Source: Macrostomum lignano
Taxonomy: Eukaryota
Direction: 5' to 3'
Length of the DNA stretch: 64,000 bases
NCBI GenBank assembly: GCA_002269645.1
Contig: NIVC01001405.1
Coordinates: 231,813-295,812, forward strand
In this document: piece by piece, positions 25,304-37,104 of the stretch
How the letters are laid out: each line of letters begins with the position of its first letter
Position numbering within the stretch: position 1 is the stretch's first letter
Made by a program: the position numbers and the translations under genes
The notes under the pieces: model-generated
The model's database searches: none
What the model saw: only the letters and a program-made list of their open reading frames with translations
What the model was told of the DNA's origin: nothing

Positions 25304-26853
25304 TCGGAGTCGTCTGATCAACAGCTCTTCGACTTTCACCTGACGAGATCGCCCGGTATGGCTGAGTAACTTCATCGGCGGAGGACGGAGCGTGGAAGGC
25401 CAGGATGAGTGCAGTCACCTTTTAATTCTCTTTCTACGTAATTACTCTGTGTCGTAGAAGGACACAAACGCGTTCTTATTCAAAAAGAAAAAATTGATAA
25501 AATGCTAAAACGAACAAAAAAAATTGATAAAATTCGAAAACTAACAAAAACAATTAACTGTATTGCCTTCCCTGGTGATGAACAGCGTTTCACTGCCAGT
25601 GGACACATAGACTAACCATACTTTATCTGTTCGCGTAGAAGAGAATTTAATCAATTTTAATCACTCAACACTGTCTAAGAGGGTAGCTACCTGGATACCA
25701 TAATTGATTTTGTCTAACAATTGAATAATCATTTTCTGTTGAAACGGATCCGTAATTTATAATCCAGCCACAAGGTATGGCAATAATCCAGCCACAAGCT
25801 GGTATGGCAAGTACCGTGCACGGGAATTACTTTTGATCACTTTAATCGACTGATCACTAAGGAGCTCACTTTACTAATTGCGCGCGCGAGTTTGGCCCGC
25901 GGGAAGGCAGGTCCTTGCGGGGAGAGTTCTACTCTCGGCAGCAGGGTTGACGTAAAGAATAGAGGTGCGAGTCACTGAGATGTCCTTATCCGGATCGGGC
26001 ATCTCCCTGCCTAGCACTTCCATTCTGCACAGACGCCCGCCCGTGTCACTGCACCCTGCCAGTGTAGTGTCTTAGGGTTGTTAAACTAACACGTCTGCCC
26101 CACCAGGCATAGCTACATAAACCCTCGTTAATACTGAGCTCACTTTTCAAGGCATCTCAAGCCAACATAATACTGCTAACAGCGGGAAAGCCCGCAGAAA
26201 TGAGTGATACTAAAAATAACTACAGCATTCCGCTATTTCCAGCGGCGCAACCTTAGCCAATCCAAGAGAATCGCTACTTTTGATTGAATTACATTGTTAA
26301 CCATTTATTAGGCGCACATAACAAAGCCAAGCAGAATCAATTCAAATGAAATTGTCCAGTTGCCTTCGAATTCATAGCTGCGCTGGCACACTCCAAAGCC
26401 TGCGGGCACAGTTAATTTAATTTTCAATAAGTGCACATATTGCGTTACATTGCATAAACGTCAAATGCGGAATTTTGTTTTATTGCTTGAAATGACAGTC
26501 GTCATTATGACAAAATGCATATAGCAACACTATAATTATTTTACAACAAATGCGAATTGTTTGGTACAACAAAAACCCACCCCGACTGCACCGCCTGAGC
26601 CTGAAGCGTATCCTAACCTCTGCCCCTTCTCAATTTGTCTATTTAAAACCGTTTAATTGCTCACTAGCAGACCAGCACTGCCAACGATATTTTGTTTGTC
26701 TTTTATTATACTACTTGCAACCTGAATCGTACCAATTTTTTGCGGCCCACACCGCAACGTTTACAAGCGCATCCTCACTTTTTGGAAGATTACCAAGCTC
26801 CAGACCCTACAGGTCTACCTAACAATCGACGTACTGCCCAAGCCAGAAGGCGC

Positions 26854-28641
26854 ATGCTTCAACAAGAAGAACAGCACCAAGAAGACTTGCATCAAGACGA
26901 TCCTCAACAAGACCAGCAACAACCAGAAGAAGCACTACAAGACAACATGGCCGAAGATTTAGCGCAACTACAGGAGCGTATCAACGACCTGACAAGACAA
27001 TTGGCACTGCAGCAGACCCGAGATCTACCGACAGTTGTCCAAGCCATCAAGCTATCAGTAGGAGACTACGAAATGGGACGCTCATTCGTCCGTTGGTTAC
27101 GAGAGTTCGAACTTCAAGCGCAAACATATGGACTGGGAAATGCTGAGAGATGTCGACTACTACCACTACTGCTACGACCGAATGCTCGCAATCAATACTC
27201 AACTCTGGACGAGGCAACTCGCCTGAACTACGAGGAACTGATACCAGCACTACGGGCAATGTTCGACACCCGAAGGATGGACCGATCAACGGCGATTCTA
27301 CAACTGGCATCCCGCAAGATGCAACCGGGAGAAGACGTCAACAAATTCATCGCAGATATCACCAACCTGGTCGAGAACTCCGTCTATCAAGAACCAGCCC
27401 CGGAAGAAGAAAATGCAGCAGATGCGGCACTACGGCGACAGAGGAACCAACGGATCATTCAAGATCACATCATGCTACACGTCCAGCAGAACGCAGTTCC
27501 GGCACTACGACTTCATCTAGCCAGAGGATGCTATCAAACAGTGACGGAAATGACTCGAGAGGCACTGCAATGGCAAGCACTTCACGACATTGAGCGAGAA
27601 ACCGAGGACACCCGCAAGCTATCGGCATTGGTCGCCCAGATGGAGGCGACGATCAAGACAGTGAACAACAGACCGCAACAGTCATGGAACAATCCACGCC
27701 CGCGAAGCGGAAACGCCGCGACAAGCTGCCAGTTATGTCAGAAGCAGGGACATACGGCAGACAGGTGCTATCAGCGCAACCGACAGCAAGGCGCTAGCCC
27801 AGGAAGCAGCCGTCAACAGCCACAAGGAGCCAGAGGCACCAGCAGAAACTGCAACAATTGCGGTAAGCCTGGCCATTTGGCCGCTCAGTGCCGACGTTAT
27901 TGTCACCATTGTAAGCAGAAGTCTCACTGGACAGTTGAATGCGACCGCCCGAGCCCCCAGAGACAGGGCCAACCGGCTCAGCGTCAAGGATACCCGAGCA
28001 ACAGGAATAACGGCTATCAAGGTCCTCAGCACAATAACGGCTACCAAGGTCCTCAATACAACAACGGCCGACCAAATCAGCAACGGCAACCACGACAAAT
28101 CGCGGAAGTAACCGAGGAACAACTTCAGCAACAGCCACCGGCAGACATTCTAGCTGTGTCCACCCAGGAAGAAGAGAAAACAGCGGAACCAGTGGTGACT
28201 CGCGACGACATCATTCAAGCTCGACGACAGCTCCGCAAAGCAGCCAAGGTCAAGATTGGCTACAATACAGCGGTGACACCAACACCGCAACCACGGCAAA
28301 CTGCAGAAGTAACCAAGGAGCAGCCTCAGCAACAGCCACCGACGGACACTCCAGCAGAGTCGACCAAGCAAGAAGAGACAGTTACGGAACCAGCGGTAAC
28401 CCGCGACGACATCATTCAAGCCAGGCGACAACTTCGCAAGGCAGTCAAGGAGGTCAAGATCGGCCACATCACGACCGCGACACCAACACCGCGCTCCGAG
28501 AGCGACCGGACCGAGAAGCAAGAGCGACCACAGAAGATCGAGAAATGTCCTGACACTGACGAGCCCAAGCCACAGATAGCGATTCGACAGCCGAGAACTA
28601 CACCGACATGGAGCCAAAGCCGACGAACAGCCTCAACCACA
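26854..28641 (+). CDS. gag: Gag region of the element-A polyprotein (capsid, three CCHC knuckles, Q/P-rich linker); start at ATG 26854 or 26947
   Basis: WLREFELQA...RKMQPGEDVNKFIADI, then CQLCQKQGHTADRC, CNNCGKPGHLAAQC and CHHCKQKSHWTVEC. Confidence 0.92.
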
Positions 28642-30530
28642 GGATGGCTGCTGCGAATAGTACTGCTCGCACTGTTCTGCACCGCGGCTGGCAACGCAAC
28701 AACGGCACAGCACAGCAGCTACGTGGACACACCACTCTACTGCCCAGAAGCGAACAGCCTTCAAGCCTTCAAATTGCCTCCGGACATCGAATGCACAGTC
28801 CCGAGTAGCATTCAACAGCATCGGCAACCGATCAACATCACAGTCTACAAGGAGAACCAGGTATCACACCGGTCTACACTGAAGATATGTTACCGAGAGA
28901 CCTACACGTTCACGAGTAAGCCACAGATTGTTGTAACATCACAAGTGGTAAGTCCAGCCATGACTGTTACTGTGCAACAACATTCAGTTTCGAAGGACGA
29001 TTGTAAAACATGGGAAGAAAACACCCGAACCCAAGATGGGACTTTAGAAGCAGGAACTAAGGCTATGGGACAAGCTAAAAGATTCATTACCCATAAGTGG
29101 ACAACCCAGGAATTGGAACCTACAGCCAGTACAGCTCAAACCTTCACTCAAACAGTGTCAGTCCTAATCACCCAGGTCTCATTCTTTGTGGAAGAGAAAA
29201 AGATGTCTTCGTTAGCCCTCCCTATAGGTCAATGCGACTACAAGACAGGAACCTGTACCACGACTACTAGCCTCACGGCAGAGAAGGACTCGCCACTGAA
29301 CCGACAGGCACCAGACAGACTCTGGGCCGTAATGGAATACTATGATCTCAGCTACACAGTGAGAGGAGATAGACAATACCGCCTAGTATGGACACCCAGC
29401 GCAGAGATAGACTGCCCCTATCAAACAGACAGATTCATTCAAGGCAAAATTCACACTGGATGGTTCATGTCTAACGACGCTACGTTTGCCCTCACATTCA
29501 AACATCCACCTCAGACTAAGGACTTACAATGTGGAGACACGACAGTAAAGCTATACAAGTCGGAACAAGGTAAACTAGTCCAGGTGCACGGCTCAGACCA
29601 AGAGTTTCGCAGCATAATTGAAGGTTCATTCAACAATTCAAGCACCGCTAAGAGACCAAAACGAGACCTCACATCGGACACAACGCTAGCAGCAAAATTA
29701 CAAGGGCTAGAACTCACAATGGAAGACAGAATAGGCGACCTTACTCGAAACATGATACTACAACAATGCAAGCATCAGCAAACACTGTTTCGGTACATAA
29801 AAGATCTTTTTCTTATGCAGCCCACCCTAGCAGCGCGCACTTTGTTCAAAGACAGCCAATTAAAAGCCACCACGCTAGCACAGCATGTAGTCATTTCTAA
29901 GTGCCTACCCATCAGAAACTTTCGTTTTCACCAACCAAGATGGGATGAGAATATCTGCTTTACCAAACCACCAATTGCCTTCACGATATTCAACATGAAC
30001 CACACAGGCTTTCTAGATGTTAGAACCCTGGAAATCCAAAAGGAACACCCGCCATTTCACGATTGCTCTAACCAAACGTCGTATTTCCTACCAAAAGGAG
30101 ACGAAATCTACAAAACAGACCTCAACTTTACGAAATTTACTGTGCAAACGGTCACTAAGCTAGAAAGAGAAGCGTGGGGGGTAACCCTCATAAAACCCCC
30201 AGAGATTCAGCATGTCATATTCACTCCTGATGGAGACATCAGGATAGCCGATCTCAAAAGCCCGGTCACAGTACACGACTTGTACAACCAGCTAAATGAC
30301 CAGAGAGAGTTCTTAAGAACTGTTTTCAAACTGCCCAAGTCAGAAACCTCTCACTCTATACATCTTCCACCGTTAGATGCCACCATAGCGGAAGGCACCT
30401 TTGATCCAGCAAGTTGGCTACCATGGCTAGGCATGCGAGTGAATCTTTTCGATATCGCTGTAGGAGTAGCTGCCATTGGGTTCTACATATATCTTTTATA
30501 CCAAATGATCCTTATCTGCCACAGACTCAA
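28642..30530 (+). CDS. env: Envelope glycoprotein region in frame with Gag; probably class III (herpes gB / chuvirus G-like)
   Basis: Hydrophobic signal WLLRIVLLALFCTAAG, Cys-rich ectodomain with 6-7 N-x-S/T sequons, furin-type KRPKR at 29650-29664, QC...PTLAARTL...VISKC segment and TM IAVGVAAIGFYIYLLYQMILIC (~30454-30519). Confidence 0.8.
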
Positions 30531-30789
30531 CAAACAGAAGTACCAACGTCCTGGCATCCGCACGATCCAGCGCAAAGCTGCTGCAAAGCAAGAACAGCAG
30601 GAGCTACAGGAGTTACGAGCACCGCTAGTAGCGAACTCGACAAGCCAGAACACGCGGCAGGAGACCACGACAACCAGACAGGCACCACAGCGCCCGCCAC
30701 CGTGGACGCCACCAGCACCAGCATCAACAGGACTCTACCCGAAGATAGAGTCCAGTTGGCCACCTCCGATGGTGGCGACGGTCAACAAC

Positions 30790-33700
30790 GGCCAGAAGCA
30801 GAAGTACACAATCACCCGACTTCAAGTGGGAACGCGATCCTGCCGAGCCCTGATCGACAGTGGAGCCGAACGATCCTTAATCGACGAAGCCACAGCAAAG
30901 CGATACGGCAGACCTTCAAGCCGGCCACAGTTGAACTGCAAGGAGTACAAGGCTCACGACTACAGCAATCCGGCATGATCAACCTCCCTGTGGAAGCTGG
31001 CGACACCACGGCTGACGTTGAGTTCCACGTTATTCCCAATTTGAGTTCAGGAACTTATCAAGTCTTATTAGGCATCGATTACTTATCTCAACTAAATCAG
31101 GGCGTGCTCGTAAACTATCAGCAACAGAATATCCATCTCAACGGGAAATGCTATGACATCCTCGCTATCACTACAAAAGAACCCGTTAACTGCATCAGAT
31201 TAGTCTCTACAGTCAATCTCAATCCATGGGAAACAACTCGAATTTCCGCAAGAGCCATCGCCAGAGAGAAACTACCTCCAGCTATGCTTTTCGAACCCAA
31301 CGAACGTATCCTAGAGAAGAAACCCATTTGCCTTACACCCGAATTGGTATACCCTGACGAGTCAGGAGAGGTTCAAGTCATCATTTCAAACGAATCGGCA
31401 ACCCCAATGACACTATATCCAGACACCAACATAGGATCTTTCGATACAGAAATCCAAGCCTTTGAAATTGCCGAAATCCAGTCAGAAACCCCAACAATGA
31501 CGGAACAAGAGTTCAAGAACGCCATTGATCTCAAAGGATCCAACCTGACAGAATCCCAGAAAGAACAGCTCATTAAGGTTCTCTGGGACAACAAGAAAGC
31601 CTTTTGCCTATCCGAGGAGGAAATAGGATACACAGATGTAGCGAAACACGAGCTTCACATTAAGCCTAACGTGGAGATTAAGCTCAACAAACGGTACCCA
31701 ATCCCATACCAACTCACGGGAGAACTCCAGAAAATCATCGATAGAATGGAAATGCAAGGAATTCTTAGAAAAGCAGCCACCCCGTACATCTCACCAATTC
31801 TATTGGTCAAGAAGAAACCGGAATCGCCTCAAGCCAAACCAGTGTACCGTCTCTGTGTTGATTTTCGGGACCTCAACCAAATCCTGGTCCCAGAAAGGCA
31901 ATGCATGCCCCGAATCCCAGACCTCTTAGCCAAATTAAAGGGATCAGAATATTTCACTACTCTCGACATGGCGCAAGCATTTTTTCAAGTGGCGCTAGAA
32001 GAAGAAAGTCAGAAGTATTGTGGCATCTCCACGCCCGACGGACAAACTTACGTCTTCACCAGAGCCCCAATGGGTCTACAAACCTCACCAGCAGCCCTCT
32101 CTAGAGCAGCTAGCTTAATCCTTCAAGGGATTAACAGAGTCTCAACATACGTAGACGACCTACTTGTCTTCAATGAGACATTTGAAGACCATCTCGAGAC
32201 ATTGAAAGCTACACTAGAAGCTCTAGGAAAGTACGGCATGAAGTTGAAATTACAAAAGTGCAAATTCGCTAAGCCCACAATCACATTCCTAGGACATAAG
32301 ATAGACAAAAATGGAATACAGATTGATAGAGCTTTAGTCGACAAAGTGCAGAAGGTACCAAAGCCACAAAATGTCACACAGCTCAGATGTTTCCTAGGAC
32401 TCTGCAATTTCTTTCGCAAACACGTACCTAACTACGCCAAGAAAGCCAAGCCACTCACAGACCTGCTTAAGGGCACACCGAACACTAAGGCTCAAGCATC
32501 CAAAACCCCACTAAAGTGGACAGAAGAAGCGACCCAGACCTTTGAAGACATGAAAAAATGGATAGCAGAAGATCTCAGACTCACTCACCCTGACTTTAAT
32601 AAACAGTTCATTGTCTCCAGCGACGCTTCTACAAAAGGCATAGGCGCAATGCTCTCACAGAAAGATGAGACAGGAAAAGAAAAACCAATAGCATTCACGA
32701 GTCGACAACTGAGAGAGGCAGAGACAAGATATGCGGTCACCCATTTAGAACTCTTAGCCGTCTTTTACGCATTCAAGACATTCGAACAATTTCTGTACGC
32801 AGCACAAATACCCACATTGCGGGACCTCAACCAAATCCTGGTCCCAGAAAGGCAATGCATGCCCCGAATCCCATTTGGTATACCCTGCATTTGGTATACG
32901 CAGCACAAATACCCACATTGCTAAGAATAGATCATGCACCACTCAGAGGTCTACTCACAGGGAAAACCCTGCGGAACAATCAGGTACTCAGATGGCTTCT
33001 CTATTTACAACAGTTTCAAATGCAAATTGAGTACGTCCCAGGCGCATCCACCAAACACGCAGTCCCAGACGCACTCTCAAGACTATATGAGGACCAAGAG
33101 ACACCCATTAACTTTGTCACGATCAAGCACCCGATACCACACCTGCAAGCCTTAAAAGAGGCTCAAGCAGAAGACCCATTCTGCCAAGGCATTCGAGCAC
33201 TATGGGAACAAAAGCCCATGGATGACAGCTTAGCTATGAGATACAAAAGACACATCCAGCGACATCTATCGGACTATGCGGATATTCACGGAATCATTCA
33301 CAGGACAGCAGATCACACCCAACAAATAGTGCTCCCATTCAAGTACCGTGAAACAATCTGCCACTCGTTACACGCACTACCACTAGCAGCGCACTTAGGC
33401 TTTGACAAAACCCTAGAAAGAATTAGGCGACACTATTTTTGGATCTCAATGGTTTCCGATATTCGAACCTTCTGTCAAGACTGCATGGATTGCGCTAAGA
33501 ACAAATCTGGCCAACTGCATAAGGGACTCATCCAAATGCCTGAAATTCCGATGAAACCAATGGACAAGCTATCAGTAGACCTAGTAGGACCCATGGTCCC
33601 CACGAAAATCCGGAACGAGACCGTCACCCACATCCTGACTATCCTGTGTTGTTTTTCAAAATTCGCCTTTGCATTCCCGATTCCAGATCTATCAGCAGAA

Positions 33701-34570
33701 ACCACAGCCGAAACTTTGTTCCAAGTCTTCTGTATGTTTGGAATCCCGATAGAAATTTCCACCGATAATGGAACAAATTTCACGGCATCGCTATTAGCTG
33801 AAGCTCTAGAAATTCTGGGAGTCAAGCACATCTTCTCGTCTACCTACCATCCGCAAGCAAACCACGTAGAGAGACTACACTCTACCCTACATAACATGCT
33901 TAGACATTACACTGTGGAGAATCCAAACGAATGGCATAAATATCTATCAGCCACAATCTACGCCTACAATACAGCCAAGCAATCCTCTTCAACCTATTCT
34001 CCCTTCGAATTGGTTTTCGCAAGGAAACCCCTGATGCCCACAGAGCTCACAACTCAGCTGAACCTAGTAAGATACATGGATGAGCCGTCCTATGCAGCCC
34101 GAATGCAAGAAGCTATCACCCTGGCTAGAGACATAGCCAGACACCATCTCAAAGTGGCCCAGGAAAAGAACACAGGCAGAGCTAACAAAAACCGAATGGC
34201 CCCTACATTAGCCATAGGCACCAGAGTTATGCTACAGATCCCAATGAGACAGGGAAAGCATCAAGCCAAGTTCACGGGTCCATACGAAATTGTGAAAAGA
34301 AATAGTGTCACGTCCGTCATGATAAGGAAAATTGACGATCCGACTCAAGAACCCTTTCAGGTGCACACGGACAGGCTAAAGCCAATAGCATCGCCACACC
34401 TAAGGTACTGCTCCCCGATCTGCGCCCGAGTGATCCGCGAAGACTGCAACGCCAGCACCGGCAACTGTTCAGCAAGGAAGTGGGCGTACAAGCTGATGAC
34501 GAGACGCTCGCGGACACAGTTCGAAAGAAGTACAATCTAAGGAGCAAACCCATACTCCTAGACAAATGAT
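30790..34570 (+). pseudogene. pol: Protease-RT-RNase H-integrase, broken by a 1-nt frameshift (~30898), a 101-bp insertion (32821-32921) and probably a third shift near 34390
   Basis: ALIDSGA (30856) in the Gag-Env frame, then RLCVDFRDLN, LDMAQAF, PMGL, YVDD, SDAS, ELLAV, HHCC, VDLVGP, STDNGTNF, VERLH and GPY. Terminal KYNLRSK lies in another frame. Confidence 0.95.
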
Positions 34571-34729
34571 GTCAGGAGATGGGGGGAGAGTACAGAGACT
34601 ATAAAGACTATTTGATTTACGTATTCATTCGTTGGCGTGCTGTGCACACTAGATATAGATATCCACACTAACTATTCACTCAAATATCAATACTTAATTT
34701 TACCCTTCTAAAATTACTCATTATACCAG

Positions 34730-35512
34730 ATGTATGACCGACAGCTCGATACGCTAGATGACTGTACCCTGGGAGACGAAGATACCCAGACACCGTGTCC
34801 TATAGTTCGACCTCTCTTCAAGCCAACATCTCACACCGAAACTGATGACCCTAAGTGGCCCGAGCAAGATATGTCAACATGGACAGAACAACAGCTGGAC
34901 AAGCTACGACAGGAATGGCAACGACGCCGACCTACGCTCCCACGACAAGCAAGCACGGCAACATCGGCGAGCAACGATTTCCACCAGGCTAAAACACTCG
35001 CAGAGCGATTCCAAACAGCTCTGGCGGCACAGACGGTAGTTCAAAGCAAGCCGGCGCGGTATGATGAAACGAAACTGTTTGACATTCACCAGCAGATGCT
35101 TGACATGCCACTAATACCCGCTAACATCGTCACACACCTTACTACGCGACGCATCCTGTCAGATCCTAAAGACCCACGCTGGTTACTCTCTGACTATTCT
35201 ATCTTGAACTTCAACACGACGCTCTTTTTCCTCTACGACGACACAGCTGCGTTCTCTTGTCTCCGTATCATAGTATGGAACAGCAGGGTGACGACAACCC
35301 TAATCCATCCTCGTGGACCGACCAGCACACTATCACTCCAAGCCGACATGCTTATCACTTATCTACTCAACACCTTAAATTATCACGGCATCGAAATCAA
35401 ACCCAAGGAACGGCAATCGATAGCCACGATTGCGTATTCACCGGCCAACCTACAATGGCACCACCTTTTCACAGCGTTGAAAGCAGCAGAAGGCCCCAAC
35501 CTGGACCCTTGA
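34730..35512 (+). CDS. Element-A accessory ORF, 260 aa, unknown function
   Basis: Long ATG-initiated sense ORF between integrase and the 3' LTR. No motif recognised. Confidence 0.65.
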   Translation: MYDRQLDTLDDCTLGDEDTQTPCPIVRPLFKPTSHTETDDPKWPEQDMSTWTEQQLDKLRQEWQRRRPTLPRQASTATSASNDFHQAKTLAERFQTALAAQTVVQSKPARYDETKLFDIHQQMLDMPLIPANIVTHLTTRRILSDPKDPRWLLSDYSILNFNTTLFFLYDDTAAFSCLRIIVWNSRVTTTLIHPRGPTSTLSLQADMLITYLLNTLNYHGIEIKPKERQSIATIAYSPANLQWHHLFTALKAAEGPNLDP

Positions 35513-35990
35513 GGTGCTAGGAAGGCCCGGTTGCAAGAGAACAAAAGGATAATACAAGGGATGAAATACTGCCCTAGGGTTGTAGCGAATTGGTGGGATA
35601 CCAATCCGCCTCATCCCTGAGGCACCTTCACCCACAGGTACGCTCCTTTGTTCAATGCAGCCTCACAGCAGGGCGGTCTACTCTTGGGATAAGACTAGAC
35701 CAAACGAAAGTGAATTTTTGAAGCGAGCTACAACGCTATATAATCTAACACTAACCACATTTACCTTGAAACAAATTGTATCCACAAATATTGCTCATCC
35801 TGATAATTTTTGCACCCGAATTGTATCTCTCGATATATTCTCTATGTTACTCTTTATTCTCAACGTCGTGATATTCGACGCCCACTGACGCTTATACACC
35901 CGATTGATAACCATGTTTATGACATACAAAATAGACTTCCCGAATATATATTGTTATTAAATAATCTAATCAATGCAATCATTTTGCTTA

Positions 35991-36255
35991 CTAGGCAGGT
36001 AGGGCCTGGTAACGACGCCGGTAGAGGCAGCAGAATAATAGAACTAGGAGTAGACACAGGAGGAGGCCGCCGCCCCCCACTCCGCCCAGCCAACCTTGTA
36101 GTTAGTGTACGTAGCCCATAATCTTGCGAAACCGATCGTGATTCCAAGTAAAGCAGTCGCCGCTCGAGACCGACAGACCGGTCTTCCACGGCGTGTAGAC
36201 GCTCCTTCAACTCGCCAATAATACGAATCAGACGTTGCATAGCAAACTCGGACAT
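35991..36255 (-). pseudogene. Accessory ORF-B (antisense to the element): coiled coil + TM + CC + RRRYQAL; +4-nt frameshift near 36100
   Basis: Removing 4 nt gives an 86-aa ORF ending GGGGLLLCLLLVLLFCCLYRRRYQALPA*, the same length as the reconstructed A3 copy. Confidence 0.75.
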
Positions 36256-36568
36256 AATGAGATCAGTTAGCGTTAAGGGCAATCGGAAAACAAGCTGAAT
36301 AGCTAACTTTAGGGGCTACTCTCACATGCGCCGCGTTTAAAAACGGAAGGAGCCGACGATTAGAAAAGAAAGGACCCCCCTGCGGCTCCAAGTCCAGATT
36401 CAAAACCCCTCCCCATGCGTCCCGCCACACCCACCACCCCATGTACGCAGGGGATAGATCTAATGTACAGCAGATCGCCAAGAGAAGCTTTGGGCCAAGG
36501 ACGATACACGCTAAAACCGCCACACGGAAAATCAATAGCACACTCTTGCTTAATTTCAGAGCATTCTC

Positions 36569-36886
36569 ATGGCCACTTACTCACCCGAAGACGCTTATGC
36601 TCGGCGACCCGGCGAAGCCTTTGTGGACGTAAATCTCCACGTCCACAAGTGCATCAAAAAGGATGCGCAGACGCAAGTCGCCGAGAGCGACATAGATGGG
36701 GGCCATTCAGTGGCCACCCAAGTTGACAACGACGCCGAGTGGGGACGCGAGATGACCCCCACGGAGATACCGTGGAGGGGAGGCGACTACACGGCCTCCA
36801 GTACCATTCGACCCTGGCCCACACTGCAGGGATATCGTCAGTACCTATGGGCCAGAAGCGGCAATGTTCAACTTGAAGATGACTAA
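36569..36886 (+). CDS. Accessory ORF-A, 105 aa, unknown function
   Basis: Conserved in three copies in the window (4530, 15734, 36569). Confidence 0.75.
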   Translation: MATYSPEDAYARRPGEAFVDVNLHVHKCIKKDAQTQVAESDIDGGHSVATQVDNDAEWGREMTPTEIPWRGGDYTASSTIRPWPTLQGYRQYLWARSGNVQLEDD

Positions 36887-37090
36887 ATACGGCCCATAGA
36901 TACGACTGTGAACTGTTTCCCCTCAATTAATTTCCCAGGTTTCGCCTCTTTACACCTTTAACTATCTACGTCTCCAGACGCTTGACTCGTATACAGATTT
37001 CTAACGTCTTATATTTGATAATTTCAGTACCTGCAATGTCGTTTAGCCCTGATGTCGATTGATCAAATCCTTGTTAGCACAAGGATTTCG

Positions 37091-37100
37091 AAAAGGGGGA
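37091..37100 (+). promoter_or_regulatory. Polypurine tract of element A
   Basis: AAAAGGGGGA, separated from the 3' LTR by ATCA. The same arrangement occurs in A2. Confidence 0.8.
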
Positions 37101-37104
37101 ATCA

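Noticed and set aside
25335-25380. CTGACGA resembling a hammerhead ribozyme core in the element-A leader
   Set aside because: No stem II followed by GAAA at a suitable distance, so the core cannot be completed.
27047-34565. Numerous short antisense and alternate-frame ORFs over gag, env and pol
   Set aside because: Shadow ORFs of a long coding region with biased codon use; no independent motifs.
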